A DNA stretch of 64,000 bases from Gnetum montanum. Lineage: Eukaryota; Plantae; Gnetophyta. The translations under genes and the position numbers were made by a program. The notes below the pieces were generated by a model. That model worked only from the letters and a program-made list of their open reading frames with translations, made no database searches and had not been told where the DNA came from. Where the stretch lies: contig MNCI01001024.1 of the NCBI GenBank assembly GCA_015680685.1, forward strand, positions 149,577 through 213,576, given 5' to 3'. Of the stretch, positions 38,944 to 52,129 are shown piece by piece; position 1 is the first letter of the stretch, and every line of letters begins with the position of its first letter.

Positions 38944-39185
38944 TTGAATCCCTAACTTGTCATTGGTCGAACCACCACATCAATTATTGAGGCAAGGTGG
39001 AATAAAATAATAATAATAAGGTTTAAAAAAATCTCTAAAATACTTATTGACCAAGAGGTCATAGGTTTGATCCCTCACTCCAAAATACTTTTAATTATAT
39101 AAAAATAAAAATAATAATATAAATAAAATAAACATATTATTATTTATTAAAAAATGATTTGGAGGTCATGCATTCGACCCCATGA
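38944..39185. other. Cluster of tRNA-like modules in copy D (38944-38995 minus; B-box-like 39047-39081 and 39155-39185 plus)
   Basis: CCAAGAGGTCATAGGTTTGATCCC and TTGGAGGTCATGCATTCGACCCC resemble the tRNA variable loop plus T-arm (GAGGTC...GGTTCGANCCC). Confidence 0.5.
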
Positions 39186-41389
39186 CTCAACTTAGTTTTA
39201 TTTCTTTAAAAAATAAAATAAAACATAATAAAATTTAAAATATTTTAAAATTAATATTAATAAAAATTAAAATAAAATAAAAATTGTAGGTCATGTTGCC
39301 CTAGAAGGGCCACACAAACCTAGAAAGAGCCACACAGGCCTTGCAAGTCATATAGGACCTACAAAGGTTGCACTAACCTTGTAGGCCACACTAACCAGAC
39401 ACAACTGCCATAGGATGTTGGCCACCATGATGCTCCACCCTGCCATTGCCAATCATGTCATTGGTGCCTCAACTGATGTTGACATCAGCTCATGAATGTT
39501 GTTGTGTTCTCCACCTTGTGACATCTAGCATGCATGCCCCTGCAATAATTTCCCTAGAGCACTCCCACTATATCATGCCCTAGATCATGCTCTATTGCTT
39601 GCTACAAAAACCCGCACCTAAAATCCAAAGAAATCCTCATCACATTTTTTGCAACCACCATTGACTAAGCTATTGTTTCCTATCAATGTTTCCATAAACT
39701 AAAACACTATCAAATTTGGGCTCCTGGATCTCGATTGCAAATTTGGATAAGTATCAAAACTTGACAAATTTTTTCTAAGTGTTAAGACTACACTCCCACT
39801 ACTAGGACTATGCTCTAGAGCATAGTCAAAGTAGTTGACATAGACAGCTGAGATTTGCAAAATTTTCTAAGTGTCAATAGCAACTGGAAAATTTTCTAAG
39901 CATCCTAACTACACTCACCCTACCAAGACTATGATCTAGAGCATAATCAACCCTAGAATAACTAGTTTTGCAAATTTTCCTAAGTGTAAAGCTAGATGCT
40001 ACTGAGCATGGTTGGCATGAAAGAAATAGTTTGACAAAAGTTATAACTTTTAGCACTATGCTCCAAAGCATAGTTAGCATATTCAGCACTAAGAACATCA
40101 ACTTTGCAGGACTTCTCTAAGTGTTTATGTTATGCTTTCCCTACCAGGACTACACTTCAAAGCGTAGCTAGTGTAGTCTATACTAAACCTCACTTTTTGC
40201 AGAATTTTCCTAACTCCCTAGACTATGATTTATAGCATAGTTAGTGTAACCATGTAGGAATACCTCCAGAAGCCTCCAAAACTCAACACTGACTAGCATC
40301 TTAGCTCCAACATTCCCTGAGTAAGGAAGATTAGCAATTTGCATTTCATTTGTAACCCCCATTTGCCCCGAAATTTTACCTATGCTCAACACCACTTGGA
40401 AAAGTGGGCAGCATAGTCCCAGAGCGTAGTCTCCAAATTGCACTATTTTGCATTATTTTCAACTACTTTTTGATTTTTTTGGAACTTTACACGTAGTCTT
40501 GTAGCATAGTCATAGTTTGGCAATCTCACAAGGTCCATTGGAGCACAACAATACAACACCATTTGCTTTAGTGAAATCATAGTTGGAGCTAGCATAGTCC
40601 AAACTACCCCTCTATCACGTGGCACCTGATCCACAACTCATGCTAACCCTAGGCCTATAAATACCCCAGTGCTCTACATTTTAAGCGTTGGCATTTTGGC
40701 ATTCCCTTTGGCATTTGAAGTAATCAATTTGCATTCTAGCATTTGGCAAATTCAAAGTGCACTTAGCATTTTTGGGCAAACACCATTACACATCACCACA
40801 ACATCAGTGTACATCACCCAACATACCATTCACCACCATAGCTTGTAGGACACCATGGTTACTAACCTAGTAGGTTCAAACTCCATGATGGATGTTAGTT
40901 CTTCATATCTAGACACCATGAGACTATGACTCTGCTTGCCTACTATGCCTATTATACACCACATATGTCCTAAACTTTCCTTCATAATTGACTACGCTCC
41001 CCCCCCCTCCCCATTTAGGGTGGTTCCACCTTCTCTCTAGCTCACATTTGATGCATTTTTTTCATTTTCTCCTACATTTTAGCATTCTACATGCATTTTT
41101 CATTATTCTTCTCACAAATATGTGTGTTCAAATCTTTGTTTTTTTGCTTGAAAGTTTCACTATTCTCACCCCTATGAGTAGGATGAACATCAAAAATATT
41201 TTCCAAATCCCTTAATATTTTGTTTCCTCATAACGCCTGTAAGTCCCAGTTCGATTAACAAGACTGTTCTAGGCACCCTGCCTTTGCTTTCAAGTAGGCC
41301 CTCATGTAGAAGTGGGATCAAGACTATGTGACCATGGACCTCTTCATGTTCCATTCCAACCTCTAACATTTTTGGTCACTACAATTTTC

Positions 41390-41406
41390 TAGTGCTAGAA
41401 GGAGGG
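41390..41406 (+). promoter_or_regulatory. Primer binding site, tRNA-Asn-like
   Basis: TAGTGCTAGAAGGAGGG versus the expected TGGCGCTAGAAGGAGGG (two transitions), located 6 nt after the LTR end. Confidence 0.7.
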
Positions 41407-41799
41407 CCTTTACCATTTTCTTCTTCAGCCATCCCTTGGTTATTGCCTTGCTTACTCTCTGCATCATCGGTGTAGACTAGACCCTATTGTCGATACCCGT
41501 AGAACACCACTAAAGAACACCAAAGCATATAACTTGCACTTGACCAAATTCTAGGTTCTCAATAGAGCACAGCTAGCTCTAGCATAGTGAGTGTAGTAAG
41601 CTCTGACCATAGTCCCAAAGTTAGCATCTTTTTCAGTATTTTCTAGTTTGTCATTTTTCTACATTTTTACGATTAGCCATTTTTTTAGCAATTTTATACC
41701 TAGCCATTTTTCCTGGTTCTCACACTTAGTCAATTTTCAGCTTTTGCAAATAACAACTCATTGCATATTTTTCTTTTGCATCGTGAACCCTGAGTAGCC

Positions 41800-44230
41800 T
41801 TCAACCTCCACTTCAAGCATGGTTGTTTCCTAGTTCGTTTAGTGGAAAATCCCAATAAACCTTCCTAGGTTTGGGAGCCATATCCTAGCATAGAGGCAAT
41901 CTCTTCAGTAGCGTAACTTACCTCCCAAAGTTATGGTGCTCAATGATGAGCAATACAACTTCATTTTCACAAATCTCTAGGTTGGTTTGCCCTTAGAATG
42001 CTAAGAAATGGATGCCAAATGTAGTTATGATATCATGCATTGCAAAGGGAGGGAATGGTTCCTTTCTGATTTTGACTTTGTTCCACTCACAAAAGACTAC
42101 CAATGGATGTTGTATAACCTCATTCGCAACATGAGCTATGAGGCAAGGATGGACTACGAGAAGCTAGATGAGTTTGAGGCTAAATTTGAGCATGATGATT
42201 CACTTCATTCCTCACTCTAGTAGATAGCCTCTACCTTTTCTCCTCCATCATCCCACATCCCTATGTCACTACCTAAGTGAATGCCTGTGGTGGCAACTCA
42301 CCAAACACAACAAGTGCACCAGGAGGTTACCCTTCCTTTTAGCATCCCCTTTAGCATGCCTTTCACCATTTCATTATGGCCAATTCAACCTATTTAGCCT
42401 ATGTATCCTATGTAGCCTATTTAGCCTTTTGTACCTTTAACTATTGTGCCTACACATCCTTATGTGCACACTGTGCATGTTTCTTAATTGCATATGGCTC
42501 AAGCATCATTCATCCTACCGCCTGTCATGCCTCCACCCTTTGCAATGGCCTAACCCAAAAACACATGGTGGGGGTTGGGTGTTATGTTTGTGACATAGCC
42601 TACATAACAAGCATCACATGTGGTCACATAACCCGAAGTTGGGTTGTGGGCCATCCAAATAGCACAATGGGTGGCACAACTAATGCATCCTACCACAACC
42701 TCACTAGGCTTGGTTTAAGCATTCTAGCTAATCCAAAGCCTCATTGAAGAGGTTAAGTGGCTTATGGTCTCCTCCTTTGAAACCATCCATGTGATGGAAT
42801 TTTACTAGAATGATTCGATTAGCCCTATGGTTCCACCACTAGCACTACCCATTGGGGTCCCATTACCCCAATTTACCAAATACAACAGTGAAGGGGACCC
42901 TAACACCCATCTAGTGAGCTTTTGGTGAGAATTCCTTTGCTACAAGCGTGGCTAAATGCCATCATCTACATGTTTTCCATGTCCTTGATCAACAAGACAC
43001 TAGATTGGTATTGTGTGCTCCCTAGGGCCTTCATCACCTATCTAGAGGAGTTGCTTATCCAATTTGTCACTCACTTCAAGTACAATTTGAAGCCTAAGGT
43101 GACCCTGGATCAACTAATGCAAGTGAAGTAAGGTCACTTAGACCAATGCAAAAACTCATTTAGCTATGGAGCACATCTCTTAACAAGATCTACAAGCCCA
43201 TTGTAGAAACACACATGCTAGTCATTTTCAAAGGTGTAATGAATGATTTTATCAAGTTGAAACTATATTACCTTGCCCCGTAGTCCTTAAGGCAAGAATT
43301 TGCTTAAACTAAGAGCATCTAGAATACAGTGAAGGCCAGCAAGGATCCAACCTACATGGCCTAAAAAAACTTGCATGTAATGAGAGAAAAGGACAAGGAC
43401 AAAGGCAAACAAGCAACTACAACCATTGCAACGATGGCCAACAAGGCTAAGATGGCCAATGGCAAACCAATGGCTAAGCCACCCAAGGACCCAACCCACA
43501 ATAAGATGGCTAGCTCTAGCATAGCTACAAACAACCAGCTCATGTCATTGATAGCCATAACACCAACTACCACAAGGTCTAACTTTAAGTGCAAGGATCA
43601 GTTGAAGTACAAATTGTTGCCTATCAAGTAGTTGAAGATCTTGGACTAACTACTTCATGTTAAATGCATCTAGTATAAAAAAATGTTTGAGGATGCTTGC
43701 AATTAGAATGACTGATATTGTGAGCTCCTCAAGAACCCTTTGGCTGTATTACCTAATGAGCTTTCAGTCCCTAAGCATTTTAAGTTGGACCAATTTTGCC
43801 AATATCACCAATTTCAAGGTCACAATATATACTTTTCCATGATATTATAGGACAACATACAATGCATGATTGACAAGGATGAGTTGGTCCTTGACACCAC
43901 CAATCTAGTATGCCCCCAAAACCAATCAATGGGGGCTTACAAGTATCCACTTAATGCAAGTGGTATAGGGAACATCATCAATGCTATTAGCATTGATAAA
44001 AATTCAGAACTAGAGGAATTCATTATCAAATCACCATCTCAGGCACCCATAACACCCTTTGTGGTTAGGGCCCTACAACACATTGCAAATACAACAACTC
44101 AAGCACCCTTCATCATAAGGGAACTACAACGTGCGAACTCTCCACTTGTTCAGAGTCTGGTGGTAGGGAATGCTTTAGTTCCTATTCACCCAAGATCCCA
44201 TCCTATAGCCAACAACAACAAGAAAGTGAG
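41800..44230 (+). pseudogene. Tat/Ogre gag
   Basis: LPQFTKYNSEGDPNTHL, MFSMSLINKTLDWY..LP..FITYLEELL.QFVTHF, and the Ogre-type FCQYHQFQGH motif at ~43795. Confidence 0.85.
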
Positions 44231-44779
44231 ATGACAACCTATGAGGTCCAACAAGCACTTGATTAATCAAATGCTTAGGCAAACTAGGAGCAAAGGGCAC
44301 TAGGCCCACCAAAGCCTATCACCTTATCTTCCATCCTAATGGCCTAACCAACTAAAGAGGCCACTACAATAAGTAACCAACAATGGAGCATGAAGGCTCC
44401 AAAGCAAAAAATGTAAGCAAAGTCTAAATCCCCTCCACAAGAGATTCATCTCTTGGGTCACATGGAGGAGATGAAGGCAAGTAACAACAAAATAGCAGAT
44501 AGTAAAAAAGACTTCCTTGAAACATTGGCATAAGTCAAACAAGATCTAAAGTAAAAACTATATAATATTAAGCCTATATGACCTAATAATGACCTCCTCC
44601 ACCCACTGTGAGTCACTAGTGTACATGTTGACCTCCATTCCTATCACGGAGGACAACCCAGTAGATGAGTAGTCCATCCATGTTGTGATGTTGCCTATGC
44701 CCTTGTATGAATTGAGTTTAATATCCCTAGCATTTCATGATGAGGTGATCAAGGTGAACCCTAAGAAGGGTCAAGTAAT

Positions 44780-45200
44780 TACCATGTCGAGGTTCATTAC
44801 CATCTACATTAGACAATGTAAAATCTATAGATGCACATCAATGGTATGGCGATGATCAATGTCATCCCATACATAGTCATCGACAAGATTGATCTCACTA
44901 AATAAATCAAACAAACAAAGAGAACATGCCTTAAATCATTTAATGGATCACACATCATCATAAGGGAAACTATTGTGATAGCCTTTGTTGCAGGGGAGTA
45001 TTTTTCCACCACTACTAAGTTCATAATGATTGAGGAGATGCCAAGTTTCAACATTATCTTAGGTAGGCCCTAGTTAGCTTAGCTATGGGTCATCTCCTCC
45101 CCTATCCATTAGTAAATCCATCTTCCATATGAAGGTGGAGAGGTTATCATATATGGTGAAAACATAGCCCCTTTGACCATCAACAAAATTAACACTAAAC
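44780..45200 (+). pseudogene. Tat/Ogre aspartic protease
   Basis: INGMAMINVIP...LKSFNGS...FIMIEEMPSFNIILGRP*L...SPIH..IHLPYEGGEVIIYGE. Confidence 0.8.
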
Positions 45201-45659
45201 AAGGGTGAGTGGTGGATTTCCCTAATGACACATCTCTTATGAAGGACAAAGACAAAAAATGTGAGGCAAACCATCCTGAGGAGTGAACAAGAGCCCTTGA
45301 CCTCCTAGAGGAAGCTTTGTGGATGAAATTATCCTTTGACATAGCTATCAAAGATCAAGGTGAGTATTGTATCATACCATCTAGGCCCTACATGCCACCT
45401 AACCCACACTAGATTAGGAAGTAGCTACGCGACTAAAGCACCCCATTGGTTCAAATAGGCATTGGGTGCTTACTTGCCCCACTTCTACATGCTTTTATTT
45501 TTTTCTTTTTGTTTGCATTTTCATGTTAACAACTTCCTCTATTTGTACATTTTCACTTAGTTTACACTTTCACTTCTTTTCTTTTTAGTAGTTAGCTTAC
45601 ACATAAAAACTTCAAAGTACATAAACATCATAAAATGAAAAAGTTACAAAAGATACATA

Positions 45660-46020
45660 GTCTGCCATGGCCTTAAAATGGCATTCCATGGCTCAGAAAG
45701 GCCTTAAACTATTGCATGACCTATCGAGACCTGAAATTGGTAACCTTTCTTATGTCGCTTAGCCCAAAATGGCTTAAAACTACTAGCATGGCCCGACATG
45801 GCCTAAAACTAGCAATGTATCTCATGTCACATGGCCCGGAAAGGCCTTAATTATCACATGGCCCACCAAGGCCTAAAACTAGTAATCTTTTCCCCTTTAT
45901 CACCATGGCCTAGAATGGCCTAAAACTATCAAAACATTTCCTACATGCATGGCTTGAAATGGCCTAAAACTATCAAAACTTTGCCTACACGCATGGCCTG
46001 AAATGGCCTAAAACTAGCAA
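45660..46020. repeat. Array of CATGGCC...GGCCTAAAACTAGC repeats (~40-45-bp units)
   Basis: GGCCTAAAACTA recurs about 9 times. Related motifs occur at 51600-51740 and 55410-55830. Confidence 0.75.
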
Positions 46021-46234
46021 TCACTACAACCTAGTCACATCAACTCATCATATCATTAACATCAAACACACAACAACTAAGTACAAAAGTCTACTCATCA
46101 TACACTTCACATAACAAAAAATCCATACCATCTCATAAAAAAATAACACTACATCACATGCTCATCCACATTACATGGAAAAATATATGCAAAAATAAAA
46201 ATATGTCCAATGATAGAGCTACATCAGGATCTAC

Positions 46235-49200
46235 TTAACCGGTGGTGCTAGATGTGGGTGGAGGTTTGTCCTCATCCACCACTCCATTGGGGCCTATATC
46301 ATCACTTGGTACCTATTAATGACAACAACAACAAAAACCTATAAGAAAATGTATAATATACAAACTAAAACAAAAAGCATGAAAATAATACAAAAACTAA
46401 CCTGAGAAGATCCTACATCAATCATGTATGGGAATAAGCTATTAAGGCCCTCCTCTAAATGTCAATGGATCTCAACCTATTATAGCCACATCTAACCCTC
46501 TTGGCTGAAGTTAAAACCAGAAAGGATCTTATCTTTGTCCATGGTGGTCAATGTGAGCGACTACATAGAAAAGGTGGCAAATGAAGTCTCCCTTTAAGGC
46601 ATGGCAATCTCCTGTTCTAGAGAACCACTAAGCACTATGTGATGAGTGAATATTTCAAAGGCCCAACTCCCACCAATCACCTCAATGAATAACTCAAGGC
46701 ACCAAGATTTGACAAACTCTTCTTTCAGTTGCTGCAGATATGCATCTTGCTCATGCTTATAGTGGCATTTATGATCCTTCTACATGTGCCCCAATTTGTA
46801 AACCTTTGCACTCTTGTCCCTTCCAAGTAAGTAGGTCCATCTGTAGCCTCTACTTGATGACCTCTTAGGTAGCCTAATTCTTGCCTTGAATCATCAACCA
46901 ATACCTGGCATGATCAATCTCTACATTTCAATAGGTACTATCTCCCCTTGCTCAAGTTTCCAAGAAATTATATCAAGACTAGAGATTCCCAATATTCTTA
47001 ACCTAGCTTTCCATCATTTCTTTAAGCTCATGCATGTGTTTCCACAAGTGCTCATTCAAGTGCCTATAGCTCCATAATGCTTTTGCACTAGAAAACTTGC
47101 ACTTGCTAGCTACTTCGTATGCACGACAAGGTACTTGCTCCACTTTAGGAGGGTACTGGAGAACAACATCTACCTTAGCCACCTAATTTATATCAAATAA
47201 AAGCTTGAAACTTATTGGAATGCAACAATCAATCAGCATTAGCCATAGACCAAGCATACAATTAGTAAAGCAACACAAGCAAAACAACATGAATATCAAG
47301 CTCAGGGTCCACCTACTATATGCAATCCACCATGTCTTCAACTATACATTTCATGAAGGTAAATTTATCTAATGTCTCTACCCACAACTTCATGTGGTGG
47401 GTAGGTATAGGTGGTGGATCGCTAGTAGGAACATTTGATCGCTAGTAGGAACATGGTGCAACATTCAGTAACAATTAAATATTCAAAGATGTGAAAGCAT
47501 AAGAGTAAAATAGTTGGCAACTTAATGTTCTTACCAAGCAAGCCCTCAAGTGTGAGAGCAAGGGGATCTCCCAGCTATACACCATCAAATAGGATGGTAA
47601 AATCACCCTCATTAGGGTGAAATAGCCCACTTACATCAAACTACTAGAGGGCCTCTATAGATTTTTGTAGCTCCCCCTAGGTGCCCCTTCCTTCTTAACC
47701 TAAGAAGGGATCGTCTCTATTGCTTCCACTACTATTACTTTGGTAGCCCTCTTCTCTAACTTACAAACATAGCATGATTAGCATTAGCATGATATGACAT
47801 GAAAACATAAAAACATAAACATAGAAAAAATAAAACAAATGCATCTACATGTGTAGTAACTTGTGACATTTGCACACAGATTTGGTATCTTGAGGTGGAT
47901 CATTTTGATGCCTACCTATTCAACTGCAAGGGTAAGGCCTCTTAATCTTCACCTTGAATGGCCCCACCATTTCCACAATATATAAGTTGGCCTTGCTTGC
48001 ATCCCCAATAATAGTTGTAGGACACTCACCTGTGCTGTCATAGGAATAGTGTGACCATGACAACCCTAGATGACCTTTGGTTGTAACTGAGTATGACTCA
48101 TTGATCTTCTTTGGGGGCTCCTACATGTAAGTTGTGGTGAACAAGTGCTTGATCCAAGGCTTGGATAGTTTCTCATAATCCTGAATCACCTAGTGCCTAT
48201 TATCTTGGACCACTAGGAACTCCATGAACCTTCATAGATATGCTGCGAAGAATGTGAAGTGCACGTGAGACCTTTCTTGGAGGTTGTAGCAAAGTCTAGT
48301 GATCTCTGCTTGTAGTCTAGCAACGAGGAAGGAGGCCCAATTAAACCTTGTGCCCTCCTCTAGTACCTCCCTCATCACCCATGCTTGCTCTACCCAAAGG
48401 ATTTTTCCTTAGAAGAGCAACTTTAGAAAGGCATGAGCATGAAAAAGAAAGTAGAGCTCCCAAACCTTAACTACAAGCACATCTTTAACTATGATGCCTT
48501 TGTGAGCTTGAGTGCTTCTCAACTACTTCTCAATCTCTTCTTTACTATCCACCTCTCTGCTAGCCTTATTAATGACCAACAGGCCCTCAAAGGAGAGGCC
48601 AAAGAGGTCAGTAAACAAAGCATTACTGAGGTTCAAGACTACCCTAACTCTATGCATGCTGGTGATGAAGCGACAGGTGTCATTACTGAAGGAGTCAATA
48701 ATGGTGATTATTTTGGCCACTAAAATGCTTCCGCTAAGGGCCAAGAAAAGGTTCATCAACCTAGCATGTGTGAGCTAGTTGGTCAATGCCTTTGAGGCCT
48801 AATGACATAACCAATGTTATGCCCCCTCTACATCATCATATTTCGTGATGAGGGTGTCCTCACTGCAACCTATGATGACCACCATTAACTATCTCGAAGT
48901 AATTGTAGTTGTAACATAGGAAAAAAAAATGTTAGCATCAAGCAAGGGAAAATCAAAAGTGCATGTGAGAAAGGACAAGAGCCAAACAACAAGTGCTCAC
49001 TCATAACAAATAATGTGCTAGGTGTAGGTGGTGGTGCAACTAACTCCTTGAAGTTTAGTATACCACAAGCCCACCTCTCATCAAGCCAATCATAGGTCTT
49101 ACACCACTTGAATGCCTTCAAGTACAAAGTGGAGTATTTATTTAAATCTTCTCCCACTTGCTCAATTATGGCCTCCTAAAAGTTTGGACTAGAGGAGAAC

Positions 49201-49969
49201 ACCTCTAGGGTGGTGTGGGTCAAAGCAAGGGCCTCTTCCTCATCATGGAGCCCCTAATCATCAACTTTGAATCTAACATTAGGAATGAGCACTTAGCATG
49301 GGAAAATAGCAAGCAATACAACACAAAATCATAATAGCACTTCCCCTCTCATGCAATGTAAGGTTGTAGGTGGATTTTGGAACACTATATGTACATGCAG
49401 GGCAACAAAGAGGGTGCTTCTCCTACTATAACAAGAAAAATCTATCATTTCCTAGATCTTGGATAAGGGACAAGTGCTACTAGTGCCTCACCTTAAACTA
49501 CCTACTTTGTCATCACTATTCATGGGCTTATCAGACATAAATCATATTATGTCCTAGTTCGCCTTGGGTAGCAATGTCTTAGTGATGATGCTCACAACCA
49601 TCACTACTAAGTGTGACCACATGATCATACTAAATTGCTGTAGTAGGAAGGATATGAACTTGGAAGTTCCAGGTTGAAACCATACCACCAAATGATCCAT
49701 CTTCATATCCAATGCAAGTGTGTTGGTCATAGGCTCACTCATGTAGCAAAGAATGCCAACAACCTCCAAAACAACTAGGAAAGGCTTTAGCAATACTCTG
49801 CAATTGCATGGATGAGAAATGTAGTGTTAGTATACATTAGATGAATTTTGGCAAAAAAGAAAGCAAAAAATTAACATGAAATAGAATAAGTTAGAAAGAT
49901 ATCCTAGGGCCCACTAGGCCCTAGAGGTATAGGACGTCAACACACACACTTAGTGCACCTAGTATCCAT
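46235..49969 (-). pseudogene. Multi-exon antisense accessory gene between PR and RT (plant-mobile-domain-like N-half, coiled-coil C-half)
   Basis: Coding-like minus-strand blocks are separated by short T-rich introns. 46313-46401 is GT..AG, phase 0, joining ...VGSSQ to VPSDD...TTG*. Others lie at 47183-47312, ~47457-47537, ~48910-49000, ~49274-49340 and ~49798-49902. Motifs DHLVVWFQPGTSKF and RFNWASFLVARLQAEI resemble PMD ALVERWRPETHTF and YSWGSAVLA.LYRQL. Confidence 0.6.
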
Positions 49970-52129
49970 AAGGGAAAAGCATGTTTTAGCATTTTATTTT
50001 GCATGACTGCATGTCTGGCATTACATTTTACAAATTTATCAATTTAACACTAGCATTTTTCATCTTACAAGTTTAACACTTTTACATCAAAAATTTTAAA
50101 AAATTTTCTAACTCTAGACTATCTCTAGGAGCATAGTCCAAAAAATGTGAAAAATTTTCTAATTGCTAGCTACACTTCCCAATAAATTTGATAAAATTTC
50201 ATAAAATTTTTCAATTGTTGGCTACACAACTGAGGAGAGTAAACTCAAAATAAAATTCAAATTTTTTGCTAAGAAAGAACTAATTGTCTAAGCATAATGC
50301 ATCATGCACCCTACACTTCTTCCTAGCTTGAACCCCCTACCACTGTGGTTGTGTCCCTAGTAGCTATAACTGCATCACTAGGTATTCTCCTTGCACTACC
50401 ATACCCTATGCTCTACTACAGCCTCTACTGCATGCTCTATCTTATAGTTGGTGATGACTACCCAAACCCTTGTCCTTGTCATGCTCTAATCAGAAAAAAA
50501 ATTAGGGGACAACCCCTACCATGACCCATCTCTACTGCATGCCATCTTGGCTGCCACTCCTCACCCCTACTCCTACCCCACATTTAGCATAAGAAAAATG
50601 TTACAACTCTCAACCATGTTCCCCATCTTGTAAGTGGTGGCCCTAAGGTTGCAACCAAACCCCCATCCTTACCCCATGTAGAGGGCCAAAATGAAAAAGA
50701 ATTAGAGACTACAGTAGCACTCACTGCACCCATACCCTACAAGTGGTGACCCTAGGATGCTATCAAAAATCTAATCCCTTACCCTATGTGCCATTAGAAA
50801 GAAAAAACTTTTCATGAGCTCATGACCCTATTTTTTCCTATATGCACTCTGATCACCACTGCAACCATGGCCACTATAATACAAATCCCTTCCTCATCAC
50901 CCCACACGTTGATCACAAAAACCCTTGCCTTACGTGAACCTCAAGAAAAAAATTGAATGAAACTCTTCTAACATGAATGCACTTTCTTCACAGTCATAGT
51001 AGCCCTAGGTGGCCATGGTGATGGTGGCCCTTGCTAGCATAGGATTCTACGAAAAAAATCAAACCCCAAGCCCCAATGCCTAAGTGCTAGAAACCAAAAA
51101 ATGCAAAAAGAGAACACAAAGGGGGTGAGCATAGTCAGAGATACTTGGGGGTTAGTGGTTCCCTCTACTCCTCTATGCATGCCTATAGTAGATGTCCAAG
51201 GACTTACTCTCCCTCATCCACATTAGCTAGGTTGAGGTGCTAATGTCCACTTTGGTGCAAACTTCTAGCAACTACGTTCTTGTAATCATGCCATGCTTTG
51301 AAAAGTTTGGTTTTACCTTTGAAAATGACAAATTTATCAAGGGTAAAATGCACTTTTATATCCCTAGGGACCACTTAAATTTTTACCTACCTAGGGCTAT
51401 GCTAAACAGTGTCAAGCATAGGCAAGTGTGAGCATGGTTACTAGAGTTAGAAAATTTTTTGATTTTTTTGGCAATCTTTGGACTTAGAAAAATTTTGAAT
51501 TTTTCTTGTCACTCGATGGGAACCTAAGCCTATTTTGGTTTCTTGACATGCCAAACCTCACTCTAATGATGCATTTAGTGCATATCACTATCTACTATGA
51601 TGTTAAAATGGCATCTGATCATCTGCTATGAAGTTAAACTAACATCTGACAATTTTCCAAGGCCTTAAACTAGCACATCATAATCTGCTAAGACCTTAAA
51701 ATAGCAACCCCATGGCCTACAAAGGCCTAAAACTAGCTCACACATCCTTTGCCTTTACAATCACATCTACATACTTGGGAAAAATTTTATCTCATTTATT
51801 TCTTTAACTATGCATGTTGCTCTCCTTAAGTCAAGTGTTACTTGACATTTTCTTGGTTGTTTTTGCAATATTATTGTAGAATTTACAACATGTCTAAGTA
51901 CGACCATCTCTATGCATCACTAGCCCTCACTAGGCTAGACAATGATCTCACATAATGTATTGATCTATAGTGCCTAGACCTTGAGCCCATATCCTATGAT
52001 GAATACATAACGTCTATAGGAGCACCCCTAAACTAGCCAAACCATCTCTAGTTAGGTCTGTAAACCTAGAGGTAGGTGACATAACCGAGGATCCCCTTAT
52101 TGAAGTCCCTATAGCAACATCTAATGGCA

